A stretch of DNA of 64,000 nucleotides from Amoebophrya sp. A120. Taxonomy: Eukaryota > Protista > Dinoflagellata. The notes beneath the pieces are model-generated. The model saw only the letters and a program-made list of their open reading frames with translations, was not told where the DNA came from and ran no database searches. A program made the translations under genes and the position numbers. Where the stretch lies: contig CAJINV010000006.1 in NCBI GenBank assembly GCA_905178155.1, positions 4,470,339 through 4,534,338 on the forward strand, in the 5' to 3' direction. Below, in pieces: positions 35,701-48,184 of the stretch (positions within the stretch are counted from its first letter, which is position 1; every line of letters starts with the position of its first letter).

Positions 35701-38700
35701 AAATCCAGACGCAGATCGAAAATGCATACGTGGGACAACTGGATCAGGGACCGGAAACTATCCCAGAGAAAGAAGCAGACAGGGCAGATTTTTCATGCAA
35801 AAATAAATACACGAAAAAATAAAAATCTGTCATGGGCGGCCCCATAGCATGCTGCTTCGGATATGCAGTGCACGTTTTTTATTTTTTGTGTAATTTATTT
35901 TTGACGTGCCTGCTTTTTGTTTTTTCTGTGTGATAGGAACTGATGGAAAACCGGATGACCCGATTTATGGCTCGCTCAGGTGATGAGGTGACAATCAAGC
36001 TCAACTATGACAATATGTCTTGCACGAACAGCATGAAGTAGAAAATAGGGACCTTTCATCTTGCAGTTTTCGCAATACAAATTTTCGCCTTTGCATGACG
36101 AATCTCCGCTTTCAAGATGAACAGCGTAGCTGCAGTAGAGATCGTCACACAAACTGCTGTGCAGGTTCTATACGATTTTGCAGCTGCACGAGGTCGTGGA
36201 CAACTTTTCCACAAGCCGACGGCCTAAAAAGCCCCCCTTCAAGCCCCGGCCCGCCAGCGCCCCAAATTGGGCGCCCATTCGAAGCGCAATTCTGAAGCCC
36301 TCTCATTGGGGCCGCTTTCGGAGGCCTTTGGGGCAACCCTTGGGGGGCCACAATGGCGGCCCGGATGGCCTCCGGATCACCCCCCCTGGATTTCATGCAG
36401 CCCCGAGCTAACTAGGCCCCCCAAGGAGGCCTCTGAAGAGGCCTCCGGAATGGGGCCGGCGGAGGTTGCCCCGGAAGGACACCAGCGAAGGTCGTCGGGG
36501 CCACATAATCTCGGGCCCCGGGTCGATTGGGGTGGCTTGCTGGCATATTGGTCTTCCGCCGGTTGCTTGGCGGCATTCGGAATATTCGCCGAACGGAAGG
36601 CGCCACGCACCGCTACTTGGCGCAGCCGGACTGCGCGCTTCCTGTTTAAAGGGCGTCGCCGCCGTGGCCTTCTGCGGCCCGCCACGAAGGGGCCGGCCTC
36701 GCCTTGCCGGCGCGCCGGGCTCATGAGGCGGCCGCGAGGTGCATCTTGCCGGTGGGGCGCGTGGCGGCATTGGTATCCGCCCTCATGCAGGCCACGGCGC
36801 CCCGGCTGACAAGCAGAACCAAGCTGAGCGGCGCATGCGGGGCGACCGGGCCTTGCCTCGGTGGAACTACATGCAAGCGCGCCAGATTGTGGCGGGGCTC
36901 GGCTATTAAGCCGCGACGCGTCGCCTTTCCTTTGCTCAGAACTTTGGGCGGCGGGGGGAGGCGAAGTGGCCCCGGGGTTTTCGAAATTGCATCGCGGAAT
37001 GCGCCACGAAGGATCGCGGCAGGGCATTCTTTTGCGCGCCGTCCGAATTGCCTTCCTGGGGCTCAGTGCTATCGCATTTATGCGCGCCAGCTCGGGCGAC
37101 CCTATTCTCATATCGGCAGGGCATTAAAATCGGCGGCAGTGCCTGAAGACTAGCAAAAAAAAAAAACTATGACTTTTGAAAACGCGACTTTAAGCGCGCC
37201 ATACGATTTTGCAGCTGCACGAGGTCGTGGACAACTTTTCCACAATAGCTTCCGAGCGAGGCTGGGCCCCATTGCAATGAATGGTGGCCCGGGGTGGGGG
37301 GGACATCAACGACAAGTCAGATTTTGCGCCCAAGTGCCATTTGCGCCCAAGTGCCATGCTCAGGCACATCTCGCGCGCCAAGTGCCATGCGCCCTCGCAT
37401 GATGCCCACACTCCTCGAAATTGCAGACGGCGCGCGGCATGGCGATGGAGGGCGTCGCGGCGGTGTGGTTGTTGTAGGCAGTCAGACTCATCATGAGTTT
37501 GAACGCGCGCCCCACGGCAGGAGAACGCCGGGCCACGCGCTGCAGCCACCATGGCGCCATTGTTGTTGCGGAGGCATATCCTTCCATACGCAGGCGCCTG
37601 CAACAGCAGAGAACTGCGCCCGGCAGCCCTTGGCGCCCGGGCGCGCAACCTGCCTGTCACCCGGTGGGTGATTTGTCTCGAGTAGGCCGTGCCATCTTGT
37701 GTTGATGGTCAGCGGGTCGCGCGGAGTATGTAGAATCGAAGGGAATCTGGTCCCTTGTTGCCCGACCCCCCCCCTTTCGTATTTGGCCTGGCCCGTTAGC
37801 GCGTGTCTTGTCGCTCATGAAACAGACCGCGCGCCGTGGTTTTGTGTATCGCGGCACCGCTTGTCCGGTTCGTGGGATCAGGGACGCGCGCAAACAGGTT
37901 TCGCAATAAAACCAGCTTTGGAAGGCAATTGAATTGCCTTCAAAATGAGGAATGCCTGAGGTTTGTCACACCATAAGCTGCACGAGGTCGTGGACAACTT
38001 TTCCACAAGAACATATCCAAAAAGAAAAGTGTAAAGTATAGGACGAGTTCTTGTTGCACATCATTTCATTTTTTTGTTGTTGTGAAGCAGTAGACTTCCG
38101 CAACGCGACAAACTTGCTCTGCATGTTGACAGAGATGAAAACTGCTTGCATGCTCAATGCAGAGATCTTACTTGATACGGGAAAAGAAACAAGCACGAAT
38201 GGTGGCACGTAGCTCCCAATGATCATTTCCGGCACGACAGAGGTTCTTGTGCTTGTCTACCTTGATGCTTGTGGTTGTCCTTGAACATAATTTGTAATTG
38301 TAGCACTTACTACACTTTTTTCTTTGCATACAGATACAACACACGGCGGGGATGAAACTACTGCGGCAGCATCCGCCTCGTCCTCGGGTACTACAGAAAT
38401 TTTTTTGGCTACATGTATGAATGGCCCGCCGCGCATTGGTACTAGAATCTCAAACGTGTACAACAGAATGCAGAATTTGAATTTGTCTTGCATGAACTAG
38501 GACACCAGCATGAGAAACATACAGAGTCTTGCATTTTTCGCAATACAAATTTTTCCAGATTCCGCAACGGCGCACGACTTTCTGGACCAGGAAAAATTCG
38601 AGCAGGAACGCGACTACGAAAATACTATCCCAGAAAAAAACTTTCGTTTATAGTGAGCGTAAACGTGGTAAAGTAAAAGCACTTTGAGTTTGATCTTGCA

Positions 38701-40235
38701 TGATTACCACAGTTACAGGGTTACAATTTGCGGTACACCCTTACACAAAGAACGCAGTTTTTTTCTTGGATACAGGAAAGCATGCACCTCCAAAGCAAGA
38801 CTGGTATACTAGTTTTTTTACAGCGTCACAGCAGCTACTTCAAGAGGATGAACAAAACAGACAAGCTTTGTCATGCGCCCATGCCTAGCTTCGCGCGTGT
38901 TTCGCGATTCGCTTTTTACTTTTGCTCTTCGCATAGCAGATTCAACTTGTCATGCAGGGCTAACAACCAAAGCAAGTAGCTAAAGAAATGTCGATAATCG
39001 TGTACAGGCTGGGGCCACGACGCGAAGGCGGGACGAGAGCGCACGCCAGCTGAAGAAGGCCTGCTGCCGCGGATCCAGCACTTTTTCGGTACCGTGTCCG
39101 CCTATCCACAGGAAAAAAAATGCGTTCCTGTATGAATGTCATGCGTGGCTCGGACGTGAAAACAAATGAAGCTAGCCTATGACGCATCATTTTTTCCAGC
39201 ATGTTGTTGTTGACGAGCATCATTGTCTGCCATCGCGTGCAGGTGCGCAAATTTCCAGTTTTTTTCTTGCATACAGTTACAATTGCGCCGGCGCACCACC
39301 TCTGGACGTTTTTCCACTTCCTCTTGGCGGCCGCGATCGTGGTGTTTTTTACCGGCGTGCTGTGGATGTGCTGTGTGAAAAATCGCAAGGGGGGAAAGAA
39401 TATCAAGTGCAAATAACATGTCTGGGTCGAAGAGTTGTTCCAAATCCACCTCCTCCAAATTGTGATGCTAAAAATTATTCTGCTCCTGGAGAAGATAAGA
39501 AAAATCAAAATCTGTATTTTTGCGCACTGGCAGTTGACAAAAGTTGCCCGCCCCTTGGCATTTAAAGAGGATACTTTCTCGGGCGGTGAGGTAGTATCTA
39601 GGCATTGAGGAGCCATCGGAAAGTCTTGAATGCTTTACGTACATTTTATTTCCTGCGTCCGAAGCTAGTACAGTACTTGCGGCGACGATGCAAGGGTTTT
39701 TTATGTGATGCAGCCGGGTACTATGCATGACAAACAAACGCGGCACTCTTCCACACACAGGAGTAAGTAGACATATTTGCAAGGCATGAAGGAGAAGGAG
39801 AATAAAGTCGACGAGAGCAGCACGGGTTCACTTCCCGATGGTGGTGGTGATTCTACGTCTGCTCAGGAAGCTATGGCGTTCTCAAACGTTACCTTCTCAA
39901 CTGTTACATTCTCAACTGTTACATGAATTTGTCATGCCAAATTGCAATTAGCCTCCAGTTGATCAAGGTGCTGAGCATGACAAATTTTCGAGGGGCTACA
40001 TAGCATGATAGCCCGTCCCAAATTTGTAATGCAAAACGCGCATGGAGGCAATCTTTGCGCTTTCACTTTTGCTGTTCTTGCATCACAGATTCGTGTATTA
40101 GTTGAGAATGTAACGTTTGAGAACTCCATAGAAGCCGCGCCGCCATCCGCGGCGGCTGTGCAGGATGCTGGAAGACGCGAAAGGGCTGTCCCCGCGCAGG
40201 ACGAAGCCGTGGGCGAAACGAAAGACAAATGCTGA
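26729..40235 (+). CDS. Very large gene, possibly disrupted: hydrophobic N-terminal anchor, four His/Asp-rich repeats, long low-complexity tail
   Basis: MRTKR..MLLLHVFATAAALFFLFYYSLP; repeats ~27750-30240; frame continues across nested element 30386-30954; in-frame TAG 31313-31315 and a 1.8-kb exon insertion 36215-37975; not every downstream junction checked, may be two genes. Confidence 0.55.
26812..26945. mobile_element. Introner family B
   Basis: DR GCGGC/GCAGC. Confidence 0.92.
27282..27425. mobile_element. Introner family B
   Basis: DR ATGAT/TTGAT. Confidence 0.92.
27962..28167. mobile_element. Introner family K
   Basis: DR ATGGG/ATGGG. Confidence 0.93.
28241..28533. mobile_element. 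Introner family A with poly(A) insertion
   Basis: DR GACAA/GACAA. Confidence 0.93.
29632..30178. mobile_element. Introner family G carrying a 323-bp insert
   Basis: DR ACGGG/ACGGG; joins LLNG-YHGDH. Confidence 0.92.
30386..30954. mobile_element. Degenerate family-A introner containing a nested family-L element
   Basis: A-like ends (right end TTTGCATTCGATA); removal of element+5 nt joins PAAPA-(A/T)PAGGPQ in frame. Confidence 0.75.
30684..30909. mobile_element. Introner family L (nested)
   Basis: DR ACCAG/CCCAG. Confidence 0.9.
31059..31245. mobile_element. Introner family K (diverged)
   Basis: DR CGAGC/CGAGG; ends CTA. Confidence 0.75.
31449..31653. mobile_element. Introner family M
   Basis: TIRs; DR AGGCC/CGCCC. 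Confidence 0.82.
32035..32306. mobile_element. Introner family A
   Basis: DR GACAA/GACAG. Confidence 0.93.
32367..32626. mobile_element. Introner family F
   Basis: DR GCAAC/GCAAC. Confidence 0.92.
32674..32937. mobile_element. Introner family A (ends ACA)
   Basis: DR AACAA/AACAA. Confidence 0.9.
33030..33309. mobile_element. Introner family C
   Basis: DR GCGCG/GCGCG. Confidence 0.93.
33407..33727. mobile_element. Introner family D
   Basis: DR GCAGA/GCAGA. Confidence 0.93.
33853..34141. mobile_element. Introner family C
   Basis: DR TTCGT/TTCGT. Confidence 0.93.
34271..34586. mobile_element. Introner family I
   Basis: DR AGATG/AGATG. Confidence 0.92.
34749..35042. mobile_element. Introner family A
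   Basis: DR GAGCG/GAGTG. Confidence 0.9.
35086..35316. mobile_element. Introner family N
   Basis: TIRs; DR GGAAG/GGAAG. Confidence 0.9.
35422..35728. mobile_element. Introner family A (degenerate)
   Basis: DR CGTTG/CGTGG. Confidence 0.8.
35759..35935. mobile_element. Introner family M
   Basis: DR GAAAC/GGAAC. Confidence 0.85.
36170..38008. mobile_element. Two GC-rich insertions (986 and 730 bp) between three copies of a 33-45 bp host exon segment
   Basis: (ATACGATTTTGC)AGCTGCACGAGGTCGTGGACAACTTTTCCACAA at 36170-36214, 37201-37245, 37976-38008. Confidence 0.8.
38014..38177. mobile_element. Degenerate introner
   Basis: TATCCAAAAAGAAAA...TTGATA; DR lost. Confidence 0.6.
38626..38772. mobile_element. 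Degenerate introner (E-like)
   Basis: TATCCCAGAAAAAAACT...AGTTTTTTTCTTGGATA. Confidence 0.7.
39103..39273. mobile_element. Degenerate introner
   Basis: TATCCACAGGAAAAAAA...TTTTTTTCTTGCATA. Confidence 0.7.
39401..39788. mobile_element. Introner family A (long, diverged)
   Basis: DR AAGAA/AAGGA; ends ATG. Confidence 0.75.
39872..40130. mobile_element. Introner family F
   Basis: DR GAAGC/GAAGC. Confidence 0.93.
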
Positions 40236-42108
40236 GACGACTTCTGAAGGTGGAAGTTACTGAGGAGATGGAGAACACACGACTTTTAGGCATTGCAAAT
40301 GAATGTGTCTGGGTAAGCTGAGTCTGTGATGCGAGATCTGAAGGACGGCAAGATCTGGAATGCATGAATCAGGATCTTCAGATCATTGGGCGATTTTTTT
40401 CTAGTCGTGCTGGAAGCCAGTTGGTCATGCGTTTTCCGGATGTTGAATCCGCAAGAACATCACGTGCGAAAAGCTTCTGATGCTGTAAAAATTGTGCCGT
40501 GGTACAAGTGGCTACCCTGGGATGATGTTGTGTGTGACTATAGCAGCAACGCAAGTTTCCAGGCCCTGACGTATTTGCAATCGCATGACCGTTCTTCTTC
40601 TGCTAAGGGGGCGGTAGTTAATAAAGGAGAAGAAAAAGTAGAAGTACTGTACAGTAGGAACAAGGAAAAACAAAAAGCAAAAAGAAAAACTTAAAACTTG
40701 AGAAACGATTTACATGTTAACAAGAACCAATATATAAAAAGACAACGCTTGTCGCAGAGAAAAAACGAAGACTATTATATGATGACATCTTTATTCTTAA
40801 CCGATTTGCAGAGATGAGTTTTACAAATAATACACTTTGTTTTACTGTTTACACATTTTAGATCGCTTTTGGATCACCAACTCGACCAAGTATCCGACTG
40901 CACAAAGCCCCCTCCTCGTGTTTCTCACTTGTCCTGCAAAATGCAAAGCCCGTCCTTTGCTTTTTCTCGGCTGTGCTTGCATGATAAAAAGGCACTGGAG
41001 TTCTTATAGTACATGGCATAGATGATATTGCCCAAACTGCACGTCCACGTCTTACGCCGCGCCTGTACGCGCTTTGTCGTGCGGGAAAAACTCCGATTGT
41101 AGCTCGCGATTGCTTTCCATGGTGCCCACGTTATATATACAAATGCAGGGGATGAGCATGAGGGACGGTTTGAGGGGGGATGGTTTCACAATGTCATACG
41201 AAGATAAATTTTAATTATACAACTCCGGCGTGCATGTCGAGTGCACAGCTTCATCAAGCATCCTTTTTTTAAGTATCTTCCCGAAGATCAAATAAAAACT
41301 TGTTTCGCATGAAAAATGAAAATTCGAAGGCAATCCTGCTGATTGGTATGGCAGTACCAAGTACTGTGACTGTCAAGACGGAATAAGCAACTAATGTGAT
41401 GATAGTAGAGTAAACATGTTTAATGAACGAGTTGTACAAATCAACATCAAAGCGGAAGGACTACCCGTTGTAAAGACCACCAGCTAAACCTAAACAAAAT
41501 GAATGAGAATGAGTGTGAAAAACTTACTTTACCCGTACCCCGAGAATGAACAAAACCTTAGCAAACGAAACTCGTCCACCAGCAGCAAAAGAACGGCAAT
41601 ATCCTTGCATTTATTTACGGGTCCTTCACCCTATTTTATCCGAATTCGATCAGACAGAGGTGGTTGGTGGAGTATTCGCATTATATGCTTGTACTAGCGC
41701 AAGTAGATTTATTTTGAGCGGCACTTCTTGTAGAAGCTGCAGACGTGGGGAAGATGAAGGCACGAATAATTCCAAGTTCGCCGCCGCCGCCGCCCGTAGG
41801 TCAACATCTATAGCAGCTGTTGTAAGTACCACCAACTAACCTACTTGTTTCCAGCTGCAAGAACCACCACGATTGACAAAAAATGTGTATTGTATCGAGA
41901 TGAACGAACATCAACGGTGCTGCTGACATCAATGGCGACCTAATGCTGAATCTATGTATCTACTACTGCTGTTGTAACTGTACACGAACATGAACACTAG
42001 CAGCCCTTCTTTGTTGCAAAAAAAGCACAAGTGAAGAGGAAGAACCACGGCAGCGGAAACCTGCGACTCATCCTCGGGGATGATCGTCAGTTGTTGTTCC
42101 GGGTCTTG

Positions 42109-42364
42109 TATCAATTGCAAATATGTCTGGGTCTGGAAATTTGTGATGCAAGGAAGGGAATAGTGAAAGCACTGTAATGCGCTGCCGAGCATGACAAGTT
42201 TTGCTGTGGTTCTGAGTTGCGTACCCCGCATGAGAAACTGCGCCTTTATTGCATGACAGGCAAGAGGAGCTCTTCGCGGCCACGCAATACAGAGTTCAGA
42301 GTCGTGCCAGACTAGCATGACAAGTCTCGCAATCTCCCAGACCCAGACATATTTGCAGTGTGTG
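42109..42364. mobile_element. Introner family A (no clear host ORF)
   Basis: DR TCTTG/TCTTG; right end mutated to GTG. Confidence 0.88.
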
Positions 42365-43505
42365 TCTTGATTTTTACACACGACGACGCAGATGTTGAGA
42401 ACCGACGGACGTCCGGAATTCATTGTCGTGTCGGTCATCTTCTATGTGTTCGGCTCAGTACACGACTTAGAAGGTGTACTATTCATCTACTACAGATGAA
42501 CCCAACGTTCTTGTTTAGTCGCCTCTTCTGTTGCACGACTTGTCGACGTAGGATACTGATATAGCGATTCCTGGTTCATCGGTCTCGTTCGCGGTGTGCT
42601 TTTTGTCCTCTTAGTGGACCAAATTTTAACATGCGCTCTTTCGGTACTAGTTCGTTTTCCCGACGAGAATATTTTATTTGCTGTACGGTTGGCCTCGGTT
42701 CATCCTCTTATCTTGTCGCGCTGAACAAGGGACCTCATTTTTCCTATGACGCTGCGCCACCCCAACTTCGGTTCTGTAGTGTGTCTCGTCGTGATAATGA
42801 ACGCGTCGGTTTATTTACGAAGAAAGTGCTAGTGGAGTTTTCGTGCCGCGTGCATTGCTTTTTCATACAATGTCGGTCTGTCGTGATAGGATTTTATCCC
42901 TCGGCAGTTGTCTCGTACGAATCCGAAGAGGACTGCTCCACGGACCCCCGTATTTGGTCCTGCTCCAGTAAGCCAAAACAGGAGGCGTAAGAACTACACC
43001 ACGTCAGACGCTGACCGTGATTCAAGATAAAGGCGACGCGTCGCAACTCCTTCTTCCGATGGGCTGCTTTATTTTCAAAAAGGAAAACAATTTTAACAGC
43101 AACACGCCTGATCGGTTCCCCCCAAGAACCGGTGTTGTTTTGGTAATTTTCTCCCCTAAAAAACGAAGTCAACCTTCAATGTTTTTTCCTCATTTTTACA
43201 GTATGAATTTGTGAAGCATCAACTTTTTTTGTCAAGAATCTGCGTTCTCGCCCTGAAATTTTGTTTTCGAATTGCAACTTCTAAATTTACCAAATCGACA
43301 AGGAAGCTGAGGAGCCTGAAGAAGCTCGATCTAAGTATATGGACATTTGCACAACATCGACATCCAACAGTACCAGCTCAAGAACCCATTTAGGAGGACA
43401 GGCAGCAGCCCCAACATCATCACTCCCTGTAGTACCACCAGCGCGAGGACCTCGAAGATGATGAAAACTGGCCCGATGAAGGTTTTCTGCTGGTGGGTGG
43501 CCTTG

Positions 43506-43830
43506 TATGGAAGCATCAGGATCGACATCGACAAAGGTGAAATAAGTACTTAGTTTGGGATGCATAAAATGCGACGCAAAAATTGCCTCTATTGCAGAGG
43601 ACAGAAGGGATGCGGATTGTAAGCCTGTTGAGGGGTAGAAATTGAGCCGCTAAAAAAAGTAGCATGACAAAATGCGTCTTCCTTACCCAAACAGCGCTGC
43701 AAACTGGATTTTAGGTCTGCCCAAATTTGTCATGCGCCACGTGAAAACTAGGCAACAACTGGTATCCGTTTTATGCATCACAAATTATTTCAAATTCAAC
43801 CCTGACGATTTCGATCCTGACACTTCCATA
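43506..43830. mobile_element. Introner family H
   Basis: DR CCTTG/CAATG. Confidence 0.88.
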
Positions 43831-43857
43831 CAATGAGCTGGGCAGGTCCCGTCTGCT

Positions 43858-44009
43858 TATCCTGTGCAAAAGTATCGTGCTCGTAGTAATTGCAAACATG
43901 CATTACAAATTTTGCTCTTAAGGTAAATCCGCATTACAAATTTTCTTTCTCATGCTGAGGAAATTTGTAATTCATTTATACGAGGAGTACGATACTTTTG
44001 CAATGCATA
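43858..44009. mobile_element. Introner family B
   Basis: DR CTGCT/CTGCT. Confidence 0.93.
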
Positions 44010-44050
44010 CTGCTTTTCGGGGAGCAACCAGATGAACCTGGTCTCGTCCT

Positions 44051-44309
44051 TATCAAATGCAAATATGTCTGGGTCTGGAAACTTGTAATGCTGCGTCGGG
44101 AATAGTGGATGCTCTGTAATGCACAGCCAAGCATGAGAAATATCTGCGCTCCTTTGTGCTGCGTTTTTCGCATGACAAGCTGCGTTTTTGCATGAAAGGA
44201 AAAAGGGTCTCTTCTTGAACACGCATCACAAACTTTTGGGTCATGCCAGACAAGCATGACAAATCTCGGAAACGGAATCTTCCAGACCCAGACATTTTTG
44301 CATTTGATA
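44051..44309. mobile_element. Introner family A
   Basis: DR GTCCT/GTTCT. Confidence 0.92.
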
Positions 44310-44331
44310 GTTCTCGACAGGCAACAACATG

Positions 44332-44570
44332 TACGACACTGCACAACTCGACGCCCTTCCCCTTTATCGTATAGCATGAACGGCAATAGTACAACCATCA
44401 GCAACGTTGCCGGTTTTGCATGACAAATTTGCAGTGCAGTGTGCCGCTAGTTGGGGTCGTGCCAGAACTTGTCATGCAAACAGTGCCACGAGGCAAAAAA
44501 AGGGTGGAATGTGGATTGGGTACTGTTTTGCATGACAAATGAGGGGCAGGGGGGGTTGTGCACTGTCATA
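44332..44570. mobile_element. Introner family G
   Basis: G TIRs; DR ACATG displaced by 3 nt on the right. Confidence 0.85.
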
Positions 44571-44771
44571 TTAACATGCCGCTTTTATTCGTCGAGGCGG
44601 TGCGCAAGAAAGCGAGTCCTTCGCTTGTTGACCAAATGCATGGCTTTCGTCGCTTCTCGGGTAGGGGCACCAGCGCTTTGGACTTTGACAAGTGGTCGCA
44701 GATGACGACGCAGGAGCTGCCGGAAGAAGAACGTATCAACTGCAAAGGATTTGTTGACTTCGGTCGTGTGG

Positions 44772-45098
44772 TATCAAACGGAAAAATCCCCCCTCCCCAT
44801 ATCGAAAAGATATGTCTCCGAAAATTTGTGTTGCTGATTTGTGAAGACCACAAATCGGGTCTGCCTTGCAAGAAGGCCCACTCAGGCTGTCCGCCACGTT
44901 ATGGAGGCGAGTTGTAATGCTGTAAGGCATACAGGGTAGCCGGCTACCATGCTAGGCGCCTACACCAAAAGGCCCCCGCCTAGGCTCAGGATCTGCGTGC
45001 ATTCCTCTACTGCAGCACAAGTGTGCTTTTTTGTGTATCCAAATCCAGCATCAGCACTTTCGTTTTGATATGGGGAGGGGGGATTTTTCCCTTTGATA
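44772..45098. mobile_element. Introner family D, probably nested in an older element starting 44734
   Basis: DR TGTGG/TGTGG. Confidence 0.9.
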
Positions 45099-48000
45099 TG
45101 TGGTCCTCTGGAATTTTTAAAATACCGGAACCGGGATTGCACGACGGCTTGCCTCCGTGTATTAAGATCTGTATGATTTTTGCATGACACGTGAGAACGC
45201 GACCGCGTTTGTCATGCAGAAACTACGCAGGTAGAGTTGCAGTTTCAGTGGAAGCGCACGCTGCGAGTGGGAATAGTAAAAAGCGTCAAGAAGTTGCTGC
45301 ACAGAGAGCTCTAGTGCGTCTGCGTCTGGTGTTGAAGATGGACATGTTTGTATAAAATATGTAGGTTTATGTCGCTGTAGAGTTGTTGAAAATGCTGATT
45401 AAGATTAAGAGCAGTGTCGTGTTTGGTCGTGCTGCCCGTCAAGAAGTACTTAAGTATGATCGGGTCGTCGTCCCGTTTATTCACAATCCTCGTCGGGCCA
45501 AGAACTCCGTCCAGAGGACCGAAAGATCACTTCTTTTGTTATTTTGCAGTTGATACTATGTGAAACTGAAAGCGGAGAAGTATGGAAGTGTCAGGTTATT
45601 TGAAATCGATTATAAAGTTGAAGAGATTTATTTGTGATGCACAAAATCGACACCGGAATCGGTTGGACTTCAAATTTCTAACCATACGCGGCGCGTTACA
45701 AATTTTGGAAACACCTCCCAAATCCAACCTGTCATTGACTGTTTGGGGCAAAGAATACTGCTTAATATTTTGTCACGCTCCGTCGCAGCTTTGACCCCCA
45801 ACATCACCCCATCAAACAGGCGTAGGACAATTATCGGCCTTCTCACTTGATGCCATCCCTGCATGGCGGGCAGTCTGTGTCTGGCATCTTCTCATGTACC
45901 GCAAATTACTTATTTATAACTACTACACTTACGCCCCTGCCAATTTCGAGCCTGGCGCTTCCATATTACGAAGCTCGAGGGGAAAGCGAGAATCAGCCGC
46001 CCGCATCGTGGTCAGGCTGGTTGCAGAAGCAGACTTTCGGACCGCTCGAATTGTCTCTGGCAGGACTTGTAGCAACCGAATTCGCCCTCGGGGCCTGGGC
46101 GAACGAGCTCGGAGCTTTCGACGACTTCAAAACTCGTGCGGCCGCGAGTTATGTCCCGCTTACGGTGTTTTTGCAATCGGATCTGTGTGAGCATATAGTT
46201 GTATATGCAGGCGGCAAAACAACATAGTACAACAACTTCGTTGCCGCGCAAACGAAACACGATTTGGATCTGGGTCCTCTAGCCCATCCTCATCTTCAAA
46301 AAACATGGAAGAACACGTCGCGGCTGTGGAAACCACAGCTCTGTCTGCTCAAGGTGGAACCACCAACATCTCTTCAAGAAATGTTCGTTTCCTGTGCTTC
46401 GGAGGTGTGAGCAAATAGTTCCATCTATGATCATGGATGATGATGCATGCATCAAGAGACGCGGCTGCCCAGCAGATTAAGATGTCGTTGTAACAGTTGA
46501 GATTGTAAAAGCACCTGAGCGAGCTATAGAGTCTGGAATTCCATGCCGTTTTGGAAGAAAGTGAAAAACGAAGAGACTTTCAAGTCGATGCTCGAAAACA
46601 TGACCACGGTTGCGGAGGAGACATTGGACGACGTGACCAACCTGCCTGTTCCGCAAGCCGGGAAGCCTTTCACGGGAAACCAAGATGCGGACAAAATGGG
46701 GGAACTCGCAGCAAAGATGGCGGATTTGCAAGCGCAGGCGAAGAAGGTCGCGGACTTTTTCGACTGGAATCCTTGCTCCGGACCTGATGCTGCCACCTGT
46801 GCGAAAGATGAGTGGTTTGAAAAAACTGAAGCCGGCGCTGCTCCGCACCAGGCCCTTGTGAAGAACGCTGAGTTGCTGAACGCCGGCCTCAAGATTCTGT
46901 GAGAGGGGCTGGGTCTCGTGACCCTGGAACAACAAGGAGATACTACTACGTCGGTGGAGCCGGAGACCATGAACGCTCAAAAACTGCAGGAATTCTGGAA
47001 CTTCGAGGACCGCCAACTGGAGTCTGACCTCCGGGATGTGATCGCGATTTTGAAACACTTTCCGGGGGTTCTGCGGAAGTCGAAGACCGACGAAGACGTG
47101 GCGAGCATGCCGCGTGTAAATCTCAGCTTGGGGGAAGTCGGTATTTTGCAACTTAGTATCCGGCGATCTCTGGAGGATTTCGAAAAAATGTGGAGGAAGG
47201 TGGTTGACGATTTGCGTACAATCAAGAACTCTGGCAAACAGGAGGTATGATCCAGGAAAAGATTTAAACTGTGCTAGTGCAGATTTGTTGTGTAGAAGTC
47301 CTCGTGAAGAAGATGTTGACGAGCATGCTCACCAAGACGTTTTTTCTTCGCGTTCGCATGAGGAAGGCGAAGGCACCCACTTCGGTAGTGAGTGAGTCAG
47401 CGACATAAAATTATACCCTCGAAGAAGCATGATGAAGGCGCAAAGAGTATTTTTAAAACCTGCAATGATGTGAAGACTTGTACGTAAGTAGCTGCCACAT
47501 CTCCTCGGTATGTTGAGAAAAAACTAACATGGCGAGGACGTATGTGACGCAGACGCACACTTATCGAAGAGTGCGTCATGTACTAGGTATAAATAAACGT
47601 TGTGTGTCATCTTCTTGCAGCATCGTCTGTGACTGCAACTACAGAAACCTGCACTGGGCCAGTTTTTGTCGTGCATAAGTGCGGCTAGTGGCATATCACA
47701 TGTAAAAACGTAGTACCCAGCATCCCCCATCAATAGTCAACATGCCACTCTTGCTAATACACAAGTCCAGAATTATTTGTGGCTGTTGTGCACCATGGCA
47801 TTGGCAACTGGAACTTTGAGATTTACTATATAGTCTCGCTGTGGCTTCTTGCCAATATGCAGTCGTCTTGATCAATAACAAGTGCAGCAGGAAGACCGAT
47901 TTCATTTCCCAGAGAGCATTCGATGAAAATGGCTCTCCTGTGGCTTCGCATATGATCAAACGCATATTATTTTGAAGGGCATGCAGATTGATTATTTCCT

Positions 48001-48184
48001 TCACAGAGATGGAGTCGCGGGCTGGTCGTTTTTACTTTATGATAAGGTAGCAGACGCTGAGGTCCTCTACACGGGCCTGCAAGGCATGCACATGATTGTC
48101 GATGAATACCCGGAGTTGTGGGACAACCCGGATGATGTCACGCGGAACAAGTTGGAAGCGTTAGAAAAACTGCGCAGAGAACTA

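Noticed and set aside
36170-38008. CRISPR array
   Set aside because: Only three repeats, spacers of 730-986 bp, the repeat is host exon sequence, no cas genes, eukaryotic context.
41929-42438. Minus-strand small gene spanning an introner
   Set aside because: Short, unrecognisable product opposite to all other genes; could be chance.
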